Shown: piece after piece, positions 30,152-40,665 of the stretch
How positions within the stretch are numbered: the stretch's first letter is position 1
How the letters are laid out: each line of letters starts with the position of its first letter
Virus record (IMG/VR): IMGVR_UViG_3300027898_000001
From: a virus
Taxonomy: Duplodnaviria; Caudoviricetes
Direction: 5' to 3' (one strand)
DNA: 64,000 nt
Translations under genes and position numbers: made by a program
The notes under the pieces: generated by a model
Told to the model about the DNA's origin: nothing
The model's input: the letters and a program-made list of their open reading frames with translations, nothing else
The model's database searches: none

Positions 30152-30670
30152 ATGCACTATTTTTTAATAGTAAACAGTACAGGGTTAGTTACTGGACATT
30201 CTGAAAGCACCATAGTAATAGATGGTGCTATTTATGTTCAAAAATGGTTGTATGATAAAGTTTGTTCAGGTATGTCCGAAGGAACCTTATACCGCCATGT
30301 GTCTGGAGATATTATTATTATAGTATCGAAAGATATTGAAGCTGTTAGAAATAAAACTATTGCTAAGATAAAAGATGAATGTACCAAACGCATTTCTACT
30401 TATACATATACGGGACTGGATATTCCTATAGTATTAAGTAGAGCCGACCTTAGTGATATGTCTTTATGTCTGAGTTTAGAAACACATTACATTACTTTTT
30501 CAAATGTTAAATTGTATTTGGACCAAGTACGTGCTATCCTGCAGTATTACATGTATTACAGGAATAAACAGATTCAAGAAATGCACCACGTTCTTGAATC
30601 TGTTTATAATGCGCTTACAGAAGATGAGATAGAAAAACATTTAGTAAACTTCATTCAAATAGGTGATTAA
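30152..30670 (+). CDS. Fibre assembly chaperone-like protein (DUF4376-like)
   Basis: Follows the collar fibre; R...IAKIKDEC.KRI pattern. Confidence 0.55.
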   Translation: MHYFLIVNSTGLVTGHSESTIVIDGAIYVQKWLYDKVCSGMSEGTLYRHVSGDIIIIVSKDIEAVRNKTIAKIKDECTKRISTYTYTGLDIPIVLSRADLSDMSLCLSLETHYITFSNVKLYLDQVRAILQYYMYYRNKQIQEMHHVLESVYNALTEDEIEKHLVNFIQIGD

Positions 30671-30671
30671 T

Positions 30672-31424
30672 ATGCTTACTGGTGTAACAAGCAGTCCGCT
30701 ACTTTCTAACTTATTGGAAGGAAAGAAGCAAACTGTTCCTGTAGGTCAAGTACCATTAACTAACACTGTATCTCAAAATGATCCTAATGTTTATCCAACT
30801 ACATTAGGATCACCTCTAACTGATTTAAGATTGTCAGATTTTGAAGCGATTGGTGCTAATATACAGAATACAACACTACAGCGGGATGATACTACTAATA
30901 AAGTTGCGTTTGCTGATACGTCAACCTCATCTGCTACTAATATAGTGCAAGCCGACTTCAACGATAAATCTGGCACACTATCTATCATTAAAGCTGATGG
31001 TAGTGTTATTACAATTCCACATTTTCTCGTGCAAACAGATTTTGGTGTAGGTCCTACTGGACCCAAAGGTGTACCTGGAAATGACGGTATGCCCGGGAAC
31101 GATGGCTTCAACGGTTTTGATGGTGATACTGGTTGTGCTGGTGCTACCGGTGCTACAGGTCCTGCTGGTGTACCGGGCGCTGCTGGTGCTGATGGTGTAC
31201 AGGGCCCTGCCGGTCAAATAGGTCAACCAGGTCTTGCTGGAATGCAAGGTATTCCCGGCGAACAGGGTAGATATGGGGATGACGGTGCTAGAGGTAGAAA
31301 AGGTCAGAGTTGTACTGCTTCGTTAGGTTCTTCTGGACCTGCAGGCGTATCTCCAGTTGCCGCTGTTGTAGTATCTGCTACTGCACCTACAGACGGTTCA
31401 TTATTGTGGGGCAAGCCTGTCTAA
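30672..31424 (+). CDS. Collagen-like virion protein 1
   Basis: 29 consecutive Gly-X-Y triplets; ATG at 30672 after AGGTGA. Confidence 0.9.
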   Translation: MLTGVTSSPLLSNLLEGKKQTVPVGQVPLTNTVSQNDPNVYPTTLGSPLTDLRLSDFEAIGANIQNTTLQRDDTTNKVAFADTSTSSATNIVQADFNDKSGTLSIIKADGSVITIPHFLVQTDFGVGPTGPKGVPGNDGMPGNDGFNGFDGDTGCAGATGATGPAGVPGAAGADGVQGPAGQIGQPGLAGMQGIPGEQGRYGDDGARGRKGQSCTASLGSSGPAGVSPVAAVVVSATAPTDGSLLWGKPV

Positions 31425-31433
31425 GAGGTAATT

Positions 31434-32135
31434 ATGTCTAATTTTGGTTTAACACGTCCATTAGTTTCTCAAATAAAAGCACCCGGAAGTCCAGATCAAT
31501 CTGAGATTGTAGTCCAGTCTGAGCGTCTTACTGTAACAACACCTAGTCAATCTAGTGTATCTGAAATCCAATCCGGTACTTACGATCCCGTATTAGGTAT
31601 TCTAACATTAACATTATCTAACGGTGATAGTGTGCGTGTGGGTGGTTTTCCTACTGCTGCAAAAATTCCTCCCGGCCCTACTGGTCCACAAGGTCTTACT
31701 GGAAAAGACGGTGCTCCAGGCCAACCCGGTGCTCCCGGTGCTCCAGGTTCTATGGGATGTATGGGACCCCCAGGACCTTCTGGCTCTTTAGGTGTACAGG
31801 GTCCAGATGGTCGTCAAGGTCTTCAAGGCCCTCCCGGCCCTAGAGGTCTTACTGGTCCACAAGGTCCACAAGGTGTTCAAGGTCCTGCAGGTGTTCTAGG
31901 TTCCCCCGGCCCTACTGGCCCTAGAGGTGATCAGGGTCCCTCTGGTGCTCCAGGAACTGCCGGTGCTCCAGGAAGCGTTAATGTAGTAGTATCTAGCACT
32001 GATCCGGGTTCTGCTGCTGGTGCTGGAGCATTGTGGGTAAACCCAAGTGTACAACCTCCAGCTACGACTACGGTCGTTGTACCACCTACAACGACTATAT
32101 CGGATCCAGCCCTTGGAACGATCAAATGGCCTTAA
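31434..32135 (+). CDS. Collagen-like virion protein 2
   Basis: 34 Gly-X-Y triplets; C-terminal [13 protein letters not shown]. Confidence 0.9.
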   Translation: MSNFGLTRPLVSQIKAPGSPDQSEIVVQSERLTVTTPSQSSVSEIQSGTYDPVLGILTLTLSNGDSVRVGGFPTAAKIPPGPTGPQGLTGKDGAPGQPGAPGAPGSMGCMGPPGPSGSLGVQGPDGRQGLQGPPGPRGLTGPQGPQGVQGPAGVLGSPGPTGPRGDQGPSGAPGTAGAPGSVNVVVSSTDPGSAAGAGALWVNPSVQPPATTTVVVPPTTTISDPALGTIKWP

Positions 32136-32159
32136 TAGTATTGATGAACTGAGGTATTT

Positions 32160-32666
32160 ATGAGTGGATTAACTAAACCCCCATTGTCAATGCTGGATGC
32201 TAGAGGTTCTACAGCCTCTGACGTTAGATTTGATGGTGAACAGGTTGTTGTTGCGTCAGACCCTAGCACAACTAGTAAGAATGTAGTATCGGGTAGTTAT
32301 GATGATGTTAGCGGTGTTGTTACATTGACATTCGCAGATGGTACGAATATACAGATTAGTGGATTTATGACACCCGGAAGTATAGGTATAGGTGCTCCCG
32401 GTCCGCAAGGTGTTAGTGGTACTAATGGTGCAGATGGTCTTTTAGGTATTGATGGTTTGCAAGGCCCTACTGGTTGTCAAGGTCCACCCGGCACCCCGGG
32501 TTCAACTGGACCTCAAGGCACTCCAGGTATTCAAGGTCCTGAAGGTAGACCAGGTCCGCAAGGTGAAAAAGGTGATAAAGGTGATACGGGTTTTGTGGCT
32601 ATTTACATAACAGCAGAAGATCCAGGAGCAGCAGCCGGCCCAGGTGCATTGTGGGTTAAACCATAA
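32160..32666 (+). CDS. Collagen-like virion protein 3
   Basis: 23 Gly-X-Y triplets; C-terminal DPGAAAGPGALWVKP. Confidence 0.9.
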   Translation: MSGLTKPPLSMLDARGSTASDVRFDGEQVVVASDPSTTSKNVVSGSYDDVSGVVTLTFADGTNIQISGFMTPGSIGIGAPGPQGVSGTNGADGLLGIDGLQGPTGCQGPPGTPGSTGPQGTPGIQGPEGRPGPQGEKGDKGDTGFVAIYITAEDPGAAAGPGALWVKP

Positions 32667-32680
32667 TAGGTGATAGTGAT

Positions 32681-35600
32681 ATGGCACGTCTTCGTATTAG
32701 AATGGTGAATAATAACGACTGGCTAGATATATGCCAGTCAGAATGGCATGTGCGTAACGCTGCCAACACAGATTGGATTCGCTTGACTCCCGCGCAAGGT
32801 CTTATGGTTCGTCACGGTACTAATAACTATTGGTTACCAGTAAACTGCTTATCTGATGATGACTGTACTACTGATGCTTATGGTGGTACAGTTGACGGTA
32901 AGGGTACTAACGGTACGGGTAGTCCTGTGCCTACAGTTAAAAGTCCTGATGTCGGTTATCCTAATGAAACAACACAAGTAAATCCATGGGATCCTACAAC
33001 TTACGTTAAACCAAAACCTGTTGTTGTACCTACAGTTACACCAACTGGACCATCAGGCGGTACTACAACTCCAACCACCCCACCTGTAATAGTAAACAAC
33101 ACTGGTAATAACTCACCAAATAATCCAGATTATACAAGCAAGACTGTAGATAAATCTTCTGCTGGTTCTGGAGATAAATCTTGTCCTGGTGGTACATATT
33201 CTGGTGGTACTTACCCTACTGGCTATGACTTGCCAGATGCCTGTGGTGCAAATGCTGCTGTTGTGAAAAAACCTGATGGTACTACAGTATTACCTAGACC
33301 GGGCACAGGTGTACCTGAAACTGTCAAACCAGCTGCACCTAGTACAGGAACGGGAGCTGGTACTAAAACTTCTCCAAATAACTGTCCGTGTACTATCAAT
33401 AGCGATGGTGCTTCTCTTATTACAGAAGCGTATGTAAATCTTGGTGGTGTTTCTGGCCAAGTAGATATTGAATACGATGCGAGTAATGGTTTTACTGGGT
33501 TCGTTATATATTATGCCGGCGTTTCAGTAGCAGATACAAATGGTCATGTACAAGGTACAGGTAGACTATCATTTCAATACGATAGTGCTGCCGGTGGAGG
33601 TGACCACAACATATTTATACGTGCGCGTACTGATATTGCTACAAACACATGGTCGTTACGTATTCCATGTCCTGGTACGAAGAATGAATTAGGTACATTG
33701 ACTAACCCTGCACCTTGTTTAGGTAACTTTCAACCTAGTACAGGTAGTGGACCAATCAATGAAGTTGTACATGATATGGGTTCTACTGCTGGTCAAGTTG
33801 TTGTTGACTATCAAATGTTTAATATTCCAGATCAGATGGATATTTTCCAAGGTAGTACAAAGATAGCAACAACAGGTACGGCTGTATCTAATACAGGTAC
33901 GTTGAAATTTCAATACACACCTATAGGTAATAACACTAAGATTATGGTTCGTATAACCTCTTCTTCGGGTGATACTACATGGGCGTATAACATATCATGT
34001 CCTGATGCTGCAGGTAGTAGCGCTAAACCAGCACCTTGTGATCCTAACAACTCAGTTAAATCTGGTGGTGCTGGAGCTACAGATATTTATTTCGATTTAG
34101 GCTCAACAGCCGGTGATTCTATATTGCGTTATAATGCCTTCGCTATTCCTGATACATTTGACGTATACCAAGGCCAGACGTTAATTGCGACTACAGGTGC
34201 AGTATCTAACGAAGGTCAGATAACATTCCCGTATAACCCAGCTTCTGGTGATGTGCGTGTGCGTGTTACAGGTTCTGGTCAAACTACGTGGGCGTTTCTA
34301 GTTGAATGTCCGGGACCAACTGCTGTACTAGTAACATGCGGTCAAACATTCGCAGATAAAACATTAGGTGATACTGTAGTTGCATTTACTGCTGCTGCAA
34401 ATGCTTTCTGTTTAGTCGAGTATGCTACTATAGGTGTTGGACCCTCTCCGGGTGACGGTACCGGGGTACCGGATAACATACATATTGATTACAATGGTAA
34501 TCGTATTGAATCTACTGGTGTCGTGTATCGTTACGCTGCTTGGGGATACGGTACGTTAGTTATTCCTAATGCTGTCGGTATTAATAGTGCTGCTGTTGGT
34601 AGAGTAGCAGGACCTTCTTGGTGGCAACAAACCACGTATTGCCCCACTGTTTGGGATGCACACATTGGCATGCAGAATTTTATGACTGGTATGCCTCATG
34701 TATTTGAAGACACCAGCTATTATGTAAGTGTTTATAATGGTAGTAAGAAGATAGGCCTATCTGCTGATCTTAAAATGAAGGAATTCTCGTGTGCAGTTTT
34801 AATGACGATGCTCAATCTAACTGACGGTCATTTAACTGTACCAGGTCATGCTGATGACTATTGTGCTCTTTATATATCTGGACCAAATTTACCTACACCA
34901 ATGTTAGTAGGGGAGTATTCCTTACCAAGTGTTACAACGAGTTCAATTACAGTACCGCCGGGTCAGTATTTCTTAACAGCATTGTTAGAGAACACTACGT
35001 CAGGTACCAACAATGCTTGGTTTTGTTGTTCTATATTAGATGGTGGAAGTCGTATAGCAACTACAACCTCTAATGATTGGTACGGTGATTATTTTGAATA
35101 CACTAAAACGTATACAAACAACACACCGTTGATACAACAAATAAATGCACCTATTTTCGACACTGTATCGCAAGCAAATACTTATATGGCTGCTAATGCT
35201 GCACCTAGTTTGTCTACTATTTTTAATACATGGCCTAGAGTTAATGGTGCTATGTATTATGTGAACGACAGTGCAGCTCAAATGGCAAGGGATGCGGCTG
35301 CTACATCTTGGTCTTATGATAGTGCGGCCAACAGTTTTTCAAATTCAATAAATTCTACTAATCCTATAAGTATTGTATCACCAACCGCTTATTCAGATTA
35401 TGTGTTTGAAGCTACTCTGTCTAGTACGGACCCGGATGATGACACTATAGGTTTGGTCATAGGTTTTGCTCAAGCCTCCGGTTCAGTGTATTCATTAGTT
35501 ATAGCACGTACTGGTGGAGGTGATCCACCTTTATCCGGATTTGGTGTACTTCTTGTTAATAACTTGTTTCAAACAGAGATATCCTCTTATCCTGCTGCTG

Positions 35601-36025
35601 AAACGCCCGTACGCGGACCTTGGAGTGGAGGCTCTACGAAAATTCGTGTTACTAGAGCTGGTGATGTATTTACGTTTCAAACTACACCGTTTGGAAGCAA
35701 TGTATATGGACAAACATGTACACTTGATTTAAACAGTAACCCAAGTTTGTTTAGATTTAAAACATCATCACCTATAGGCTTCTACGCTTATTCTCAAGCT
35801 GCTGCTACGTTCTCTAATGTGACTTCTCCTGGAACTACAGTAGCGGGTGGTGCGGTTTATAGTATGGAAACTAATACATACTGGACAGCAGTTAATGGTG
35901 TGTGGACTAATCAAGGAACTAACACTGCATTTTCAAGTAATTTAAAGCCTTACACGTATGTTGTAAATCCGACGACTCAAGTAGGATACCACATCTATAA
36001 TAAGACTCAGAGGAAAGCACCATGA
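32681..36025 (+). CDS. Large Cys-rich multidomain fibre/adhesin, 1114 aa, with a C-terminal thrombospondin-C-like lectin domain
   Basis: Repeated G.V.+.Y..F.IPD..D+.QG domains, Pro/Thr linker, STDPDDDTIGLVIGF (TSP_C has DDDYAGFVFGY). Confidence 0.75.
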   Translation: MARLRIRMVNNNDWLDICQSEWHVRNAANTDWIRLTPAQGLMVRHGTNNYWLPVNCLSDDDCTTDAYGGTVDGKGTNGTGSPVPTVKSPDVGYPNETTQVNPWDPTTYVKPKPVVVPTVTPTGPSGGTTTPTTPPVIVNNTGNNSPNNPDYTSKTVDKSSAGSGDKSCPGGTYSGGTYPTGYDLPDACGANAAVVKKPDGTTVLPRPGTGVPETVKPAAPSTGTGAGTKTSPNNCPCTINSDGASLITEAYVNLGGVSGQVDIEYDASNGFTGFVIYYAGVSVADTNGHVQGTGRLSFQYDSAAGGGDHNIFIRARTDIATNTWSLRIPCPGTKNELGTLTNPAPCLGNFQPSTGSGPINEVVHDMGSTAGQVVVDYQMFNIPDQMDIFQGSTKIATTGTAVSNTGTLKFQYTPIGNNTKIMVRITSSSGDTTWAYNISCPDAAGSSAKPAPCDPNNSVKSGGAGATDIYFDLGSTAGDSILRYNAFAIPDTFDVYQGQTLIATTGAVSNEGQITFPYNPASGDVRVRVTGSGQTTWAFLVECPGPTAVLVTCGQTFADKTLGDTVVAFTAAANAFCLVEYATIGVGPSPGDGTGVPDNIHIDYNGNRIESTGVVYRYAAWGYGTLVIPNAVGINSAAVGRVAGPSWWQQTTYCPTVWDAHIGMQNFMTGMPHVFEDTSYYVSVYNGSKKIGLSADLKMKEFSCAVLMTMLNLTDGHLTVPGHADDYCALYISGPNLPTPMLVGEYSLPSVTTSSITVPPGQYFLTALLENTTSGTNNAWFCCSILDGGSRIATTTSNDWYGDYFEYTKTYTNNTPLIQQINAPIFDTVSQANTYMAANAAPSLSTIFNTWPRVNGAMYYVNDSAAQMARDAAATSWSYDSAANSFSNSINSTNPISIVSPTAYSDYVFEATLSSTDPDDDTIGLVIGFAQASGSVYSLVIARTGGGDPPLSGFGVLLVNNLFQTEISSYPAAETPVRGPWSGGSTKIRVTRAGDVFTFQTTPFGSNVYGQTCTLDLNSNPSLFRFKTSSPIGFYAYSQAAATFSNVTSPGTTVAGGAVYSMETNTYWTAVNGVWTNQGTNTAFSSNLKPYTYVVNPTTQVGYHIYNKTQRKAP

Positions 36026-36189
36026 TAGTTTTACAAGTCCGTAAGACAGCCCAATCATCTTGGGTAAAAAACTTTAGTAACTACGGTTGGAAAGTTAGAA
36101 GTCCTGCGAACAATGCTTGGGTCCCTATGGGCCCCTTTAATACACAAGTTCGCAGTGCAGATAACACAACTTGGTTACCAACTTCGTAA
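36022..36189 (+). CDS. 55-aa protein of three VR...N..W repeats (missing from the ORF track)
   Basis: ATG overlaps the previous stop (ATGA) after AGGAAAG; [55 protein letters not shown], homologous to the N-terminus of 32681-36025. Confidence 0.75.
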   Translation: MIVLQVRKTAQSSWVKNFSNYGWKVRSPANNAWVPMGPFNTQVRSADNTTWLPTS

Positions 36190-36199
36190 GGTAATTGAT

Positions 36200-36973
36200 A
36201 TGCTAACAAAAACGCCCGTATCTATGATAGGTGTTGGAGCAAATGCTCAACCAAAAGATCAATTGGTGTATAATGGTTCTGCGGTAGAAGCCCAATCTCC
36301 TAGTAGTGGACAGCAGCAAGATATTTATGTTTCTAGTGCTAAGTATAATAGTGATACAGGTGTGTTAGAATTAACGCGCTCAGATTCTACTATACTTCAA
36401 GTTCCAGGATTTATGACTGTAGCTAACATAGGTGTAGGTCCTAGAGGTTCAACTGGGCCTCAAGGTAATCCAGGCCCTTCTGGACGCAATGGTAAAGATG
36501 GTGCTAATGGTATTCCAGGTTGTACTGGACCAAAAGGTGATGCTGGTCCTATTGGTCCTGCTGGGGCTTCTGGTACTTTGGGTTCTATTGGTCCTCAAGG
36601 TGCTACTGGCCCTGCCGGTCCTACGGGACCTCAAGGCCCTGCGGGTACAGATGGTGCTAGTCCTATATACACAACTAGTGCTACGGCATCTAGTGAGAAG
36701 ATGAGCACAGGCCGCGTTATGCAATGGGGTAGATACACGGATGCTACTGTGGGTCAAATAAAAACTGTTTTACTACCTAGTGCGCTTACTGCTTCTGTAG
36801 ATACTAATGCCTTGAGCTTTGTCCTGCAATGGATTGATCCAACTTCTGCGGTCGCAAATAAAGTTGGTGTGACTACAATAAGCAGCGGCTCTGTAACTCT
36901 AACCGCAGATAATGGTTTGTTAGCAGGTGCGGCTGCAACTGGTTGGGATTTCTATTGGTACTTGGTGCAATAA
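36200..36973 (+). CDS. Collagen-like virion protein 4 with a gp53-like/H-type-lectin-like C-terminus
   Basis: ATG at 36200 after AAGGT; 25 Gly-X-Y triplets; C-terminal MQWGR... Confidence 0.85.
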   Translation: MLTKTPVSMIGVGANAQPKDQLVYNGSAVEAQSPSSGQQQDIYVSSAKYNSDTGVLELTRSDSTILQVPGFMTVANIGVGPRGSTGPQGNPGPSGRNGKDGANGIPGCTGPKGDAGPIGPAGASGTLGSIGPQGATGPAGPTGPQGPAGTDGASPIYTTSATASSEKMSTGRVMQWGRYTDATVGQIKTVLLPSALTASVDTNALSFVLQWIDPTSAVANKVGVTTISSGSVTLTADNGLLAGAAATGWDFYWYLVQ

Positions 36974-36974
36974 T

Positions 36975-37442
36975 ATGAACATATATTACGTTAGTTACAA
37001 TTCAATTGGTGAGATACTAGGGTTATATAACAGTAATCAACATAAAGTTCACGAGATACCTGCAAACTCTATCCAAATAAGCCAAGCACAACACAGCACT
37101 CTATGTAGACGTCCTGCAGACTTTAGTGTAAATGTAGCATTGGGTCAAATGGTGGATTCAGGTGCTAGTATCGCTTCTGTAGAAGCTGGTGCTATACCGA
37201 ATGCTAAACGCGATATTATCAATAAAGTGGCAGAAGGTTTTTCATTAAACGATACCGTGTACTGTGCGGATGATGTGGCTAGCGCACATGCCACACAATG
37301 TTTAATGTTATCTAACATTGATCCAAAGAAGTCATTTAATTTACGTGTTATAACAGCAAATGGACACGAATTAAAAACTGTAGATGCTGCTACTTTATTA
37401 CAAGTTGTTAAAGGTATTAATAAGCTCCGAGAAGGCATCTAA
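36975..37442 (+). CDS. Fibre assembly chaperone-like protein
   Basis: ATG at 36975 (MNIYYVSYNSIGEILGLY...EIPANSIQIS..QH..L), typical of a tail-fibre assembly protein start. Confidence 0.6.
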   Translation: MNIYYVSYNSIGEILGLYNSNQHKVHEIPANSIQISQAQHSTLCRRPADFSVNVALGQMVDSGASIASVEAGAIPNAKRDIINKVAEGFSLNDTVYCADDVASAHATQCLMLSNIDPKKSFNLRVITANGHELKTVDAATLLQVVKGINKLREGI

Positions 37443-37457
37443 TAAGGGCACTCAATT

Positions 37458-38300
37458 ATGTACTCAACAGTTTCAGACCTAGTTACAGGGTTGATGACGT
37501 ATGCTAATAAACGTGGCTTAACGTCTGCAAACCCTGTAACAATTACATTACAGGATAGTGTTACATCGTACCAACCAATTAGATTTATAGTAGCTACTGC
37601 TGAACCTTACACCGCAGTTATGCCACTTGATTTAATGTGGCTTGTTACTGATTCCAGTTCTCCGAACTTCAATAAAGTTCTACGCAGAGTTAATAGAACA
37701 CCTAGCAATGGTTATAACCAGACTTGGGTTGAAATGACTGTATTGAGTGCTGTTTGGATCGCGCAAACTTGGGATACTGCTATACCATCAGATCAGTATG
37801 CAAGGGACCATGTTGCGACTGCGGGTAACCCTCACAATACTACGGCGGCTGATGTAGGTGCATTAGATTTAACTGGAGGTTCGATGACAGGTGCATTGAC
37901 ACCTAGACCTACACCTGTCGGAGATTATTTATCTACAGAAGTTGTACCTAGAAGTTGGATTGACACTGCGTTGAACGCTGTACGTTCTCTAACTACTACC
38001 GTAAAGACTTTGCAAACGAATTTAAACACACAGTTTGTAAACTTACGTACAAGGGTCCAAGTTTTAGAATCTGAGATTATAGGACTACGTGTTCTTGTAT
38101 ACACACCAACTGCGGCTTCCGATACTTGGAACATAACGCACACGTTTAACAAATCTAATGTGCTTGTAGAAGTATTCGATACAAACAACATGAAAGTAAT
38201 TCCAGCATCTATCCAAATAATAGATGCTGCCAATGTGCAAATCATTTTTGCAATTCCATTTTTAGGTCGTGCAGAAATATCACCTAAGGTAATATTCTAA
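37458..38300 (+). CDS. Virion structural protein with GNPH/GG.MTG fibre motifs and a C-terminal W.I.H domain
   Basis: GNPHNTTAADVGAL, coiled coil, TWNITHTFNK. Confidence 0.75.
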   Translation: MYSTVSDLVTGLMTYANKRGLTSANPVTITLQDSVTSYQPIRFIVATAEPYTAVMPLDLMWLVTDSSSPNFNKVLRRVNRTPSNGYNQTWVEMTVLSAVWIAQTWDTAIPSDQYARDHVATAGNPHNTTAADVGALDLTGGSMTGALTPRPTPVGDYLSTEVVPRSWIDTALNAVRSLTTTVKTLQTNLNTQFVNLRTRVQVLESEIIGLRVLVYTPTAASDTWNITHTFNKSNVLVEVFDTNNMKVIPASIQIIDAANVQIIFAIPFLGRAEISPKVIF

Positions 38301-39052
38301 TGATTCGACTATTCAGCGTCATCCTAGCGTTATCATGTAACGCTGCTTCTTTTGCATCTACATTGATTGTGGAATCTGGGGACGCTGCAAGAATCTACGA
38401 CAACACATTAGCTAACTACTACCCTTCCACAGTTCATATCTTTACAGTACGGGACTTCATTTATGATGCCTATGACAACCGTAAAGATACTATCACTGCT
38501 ATCCTAACTGCTAAGAAATACGATAATTTAGTCGTACTGGGATTCGATGACGTGCCAGCTTCTAGTAATCTGACCGTTATTCCTCTTTTCTCCCGAGTTG
38601 ACAACTATTCCACACAAATTAAACGGATTGTTCAGGCATTCGAGCCTAAATCTGCTATACATGTAGTGTGTGATACATATTGTCCAACTCAGCTTGGAGA
38701 AGTCCATCGCATTAAAACCCAATTACATTTAAAGATTTTGTTGTCAGAATTAGAACATAAGGAAAACATCGTTATTATTAACTTGTTACCTTCCTTGTAT
38801 GATTCTGACACAGAGCATTTCATTTTTGGTGACACTATATCAAAAATGTTTATGCAAAATTCAAAGCATTTAGAGTTCTCTATTTTTAGACCAGATTCAA
38901 ACACTGCCGTATCTCTATGGATAGAACCTAAAAATATTGTCTCACATTCAGATAAAATGACAGTTGAAGTAAATCTACAACGTATTACTGTTTTGAATAA
39001 ACAAAACGAAATATTCGAGGCAGTTAAATCTGAGGAATTAAAAATACGATGA
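38300..39052 (+). CDS. Exported protein weakly resembling ABC substrate-binding domains
   Basis: N-terminal signal peptide (MIRLFSVILALSCNAASFA); alpha/beta pattern. Confidence 0.55.
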   Translation: MIRLFSVILALSCNAASFASTLIVESGDAARIYDNTLANYYPSTVHIFTVRDFIYDAYDNRKDTITAILTAKKYDNLVVLGFDDVPASSNLTVIPLFSRVDNYSTQIKRIVQAFEPKSAIHVVCDTYCPTQLGEVHRIKTQLHLKILLSELEHKENIVIINLLPSLYDSDTEHFIFGDTISKMFMQNSKHLEFSIFRPDSNTAVSLWIEPKNIVSHSDKMTVEVNLQRITVLNKQNEIFEAVKSEELKIR

Positions 39053-39324
39053 ATCTCTGGATAGCGAGAGTGCTTATAGTGTCTGTTATTGTGCTACTTC
39101 TTATTGTATCACTAGTACCTATATTCACGACATCCGAAAATCGCAGTAAGGAAATTGTAGCACTATCTACCTTAGCATGTGTCGTTGAGACCTGTGTGAC
39201 AACTTCTACTGAAGGGAAAGATTGTACGGAACTTAAACCAAAGCTATCTAAAGTTAAAATCACACTCGATGCGAACAAATACCAGCACATCAATGTAGAG
39301 CCTACTAACATTGAGTGCAAATAA
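39049..39324 (+). CDS. Small membrane protein
   Basis: N-terminal TM helix; four Cys in the soluble part. Confidence 0.65.
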   Translation: MNLWIARVLIVSVIVLLLIVSLVPIFTTSENRSKEIVALSTLACVVETCVTTSTEGKDCTELKPKLSKVKITLDANKYQHINVEPTNIECK

Positions 39325-39338
39325 AAAGGTTTTTGAAT

Positions 39339-39872
39339 ATGAATGGTATAGAAGTGCTCGTAAATACTCCTTTACCAACTATTGCTTCGGTTATAGTTGC
39401 TGTAGCTTGCCTAATAGGCTACTACTTATTTGTGTTGCCTCTAATTTCGGAGAATCGACAACTTAAAAAAGACAATAAAGAGCTAGAAGGTAAATTGGAT
39501 GTTGTTAGCGATACTACTTTGAATAAACTGTTAGATCAGAATCTTAGGTTCAATGAAGTATTGCAGAGATTAGAAGCAGATATAAAAAATAATCCGGACA
39601 AAGCAGTAGAAAAGATTATTCAGGCTTTAGATAAACTAGATGGTATGATGGATAAGAAGGACAGTGTCGCAATAACGGCTGTAGCTGAAATTCGCACAAT
39701 GTTATCTAATATTGTTGAACAACATCATGGTTCAAAATCGCGTGACGATATGTTACACACCATGATGCAAGAACTCATACGTGCAATGCACAATATCAGT
39801 GATAAGCAAAGTCAAATCATTGGTGCATTGTTAGGTATGTCCAGAATCCAAGATCGTAACCGGCCTTTATAA
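39339..39872 (+). CDS. Single-pass membrane coiled-coil protein
   Basis: TM IASVIVAVACLIGYYLFVL followed by long heptad helices; ATG at 39339 preferred. Confidence 0.7.
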   Translation: MNGIEVLVNTPLPTIASVIVAVACLIGYYLFVLPLISENRQLKKDNKELEGKLDVVSDTTLNKLLDQNLRFNEVLQRLEADIKNNPDKAVEKIIQALDKLDGMMDKKDSVAITAVAEIRTMLSNIVEQHHGSKSRDDMLHTMMQELIRAMHNISDKQSQIIGALLGMSRIQDRNRPL

Positions 39873-39873
39873 A

Positions 39874-40665
39874 ATGACTCATTTTGTACGTAACAACATA
39901 CGCTACCGTTCAGCGTCAGCTAAAGCCTTGGAAGGATTCTACAACTCCAAGGCTTTTATCTTGAACGAAACTATTAGTAGTAAACACGGTATAAGTGAGA
40001 CTGCGCGAGAAGTCCTTCTGCTGATGTTTAATACCCACAACAACGTGCTATACTTTGTTGAAAACCAATTCTTAGACAAAGACGTTATTCTTGCTGATGA
40101 CACTAATATCATTGGCAATGAATTGCGCAAATCTTTCAAAGGTATATGCGAAATATTTGATAAGCATATTGATATATTTGATTCCAATTTTATACGCCAT
40201 TGGATAAAGATACATCAACAACTGTTATTCGCATTTTACCATTCAATAGATTGTGCTGCGGGTAAGCCTCCTATTTTAGCATTCTCTTTCATAACAGAAT
40301 CGCTCATAGCTTACCTGAACGCTACAATGTTTGAACTATTTGAGCTTGATTGTTTGTTAGGTTCAAATATAGTAAAGCGCAAGGTAACTTCAAATCAGTC
40401 ATTTCCAGATGGTTTGATTTTATACATGGATGATCTTACACAGACGTATGAGGATCAAACAGGCGTGTGCTCCGAAGTAGAGAGACTCCTGTACTATGTT
40501 GAAACCTTGATCAGCGTAGAGTCTTTCAATATCGAAGTTCGGGATTACTCGAATCGGTATGAGGACACCGTAGGGGGAACTAAAGCGTCTAGTAACCTAC
40601 TACAAAAGTTGAAGTCCTTTCCATTTGTTAAGGATGTGGACCTAATTAAGAAAGTATCTGCGTAG
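39874..40665 (+). CDS. Hypothetical protein with a possible degenerate receiver-like C-terminus
   Basis: LILYMDD...FNIEVRDY...LLQKLK...KKVSA. Confidence 0.6.
   Translation: MTHFVRNNIRYRSASAKALEGFYNSKAFILNETISSKHGISETAREVLLLMFNTHNNVLYFVENQFLDKDVILADDTNIIGNELRKSFKGICEIFDKHIDIFDSNFIRHWIKIHQQLLFAFYHSIDCAAGKPPILAFSFITESLIAYLNATMFELFELDCLLGSNIVKRKVTSNQSFPDGLILYMDDLTQTYEDQTGVCSEVERLLYYVETLISVESFNIEVRDYSNRYEDTVGGTKASSNLLQKLKSFPFVKDVDLIKKVSA

Noticed and set aside
30672-36973. Eukaryotic contamination suggested by collagen, thrombospondin-like and Bcs1-like sequences
   Set aside because: All are intronless, have Shine-Dalgarno sites, and are translationally coupled to phage genes with uniform composition.
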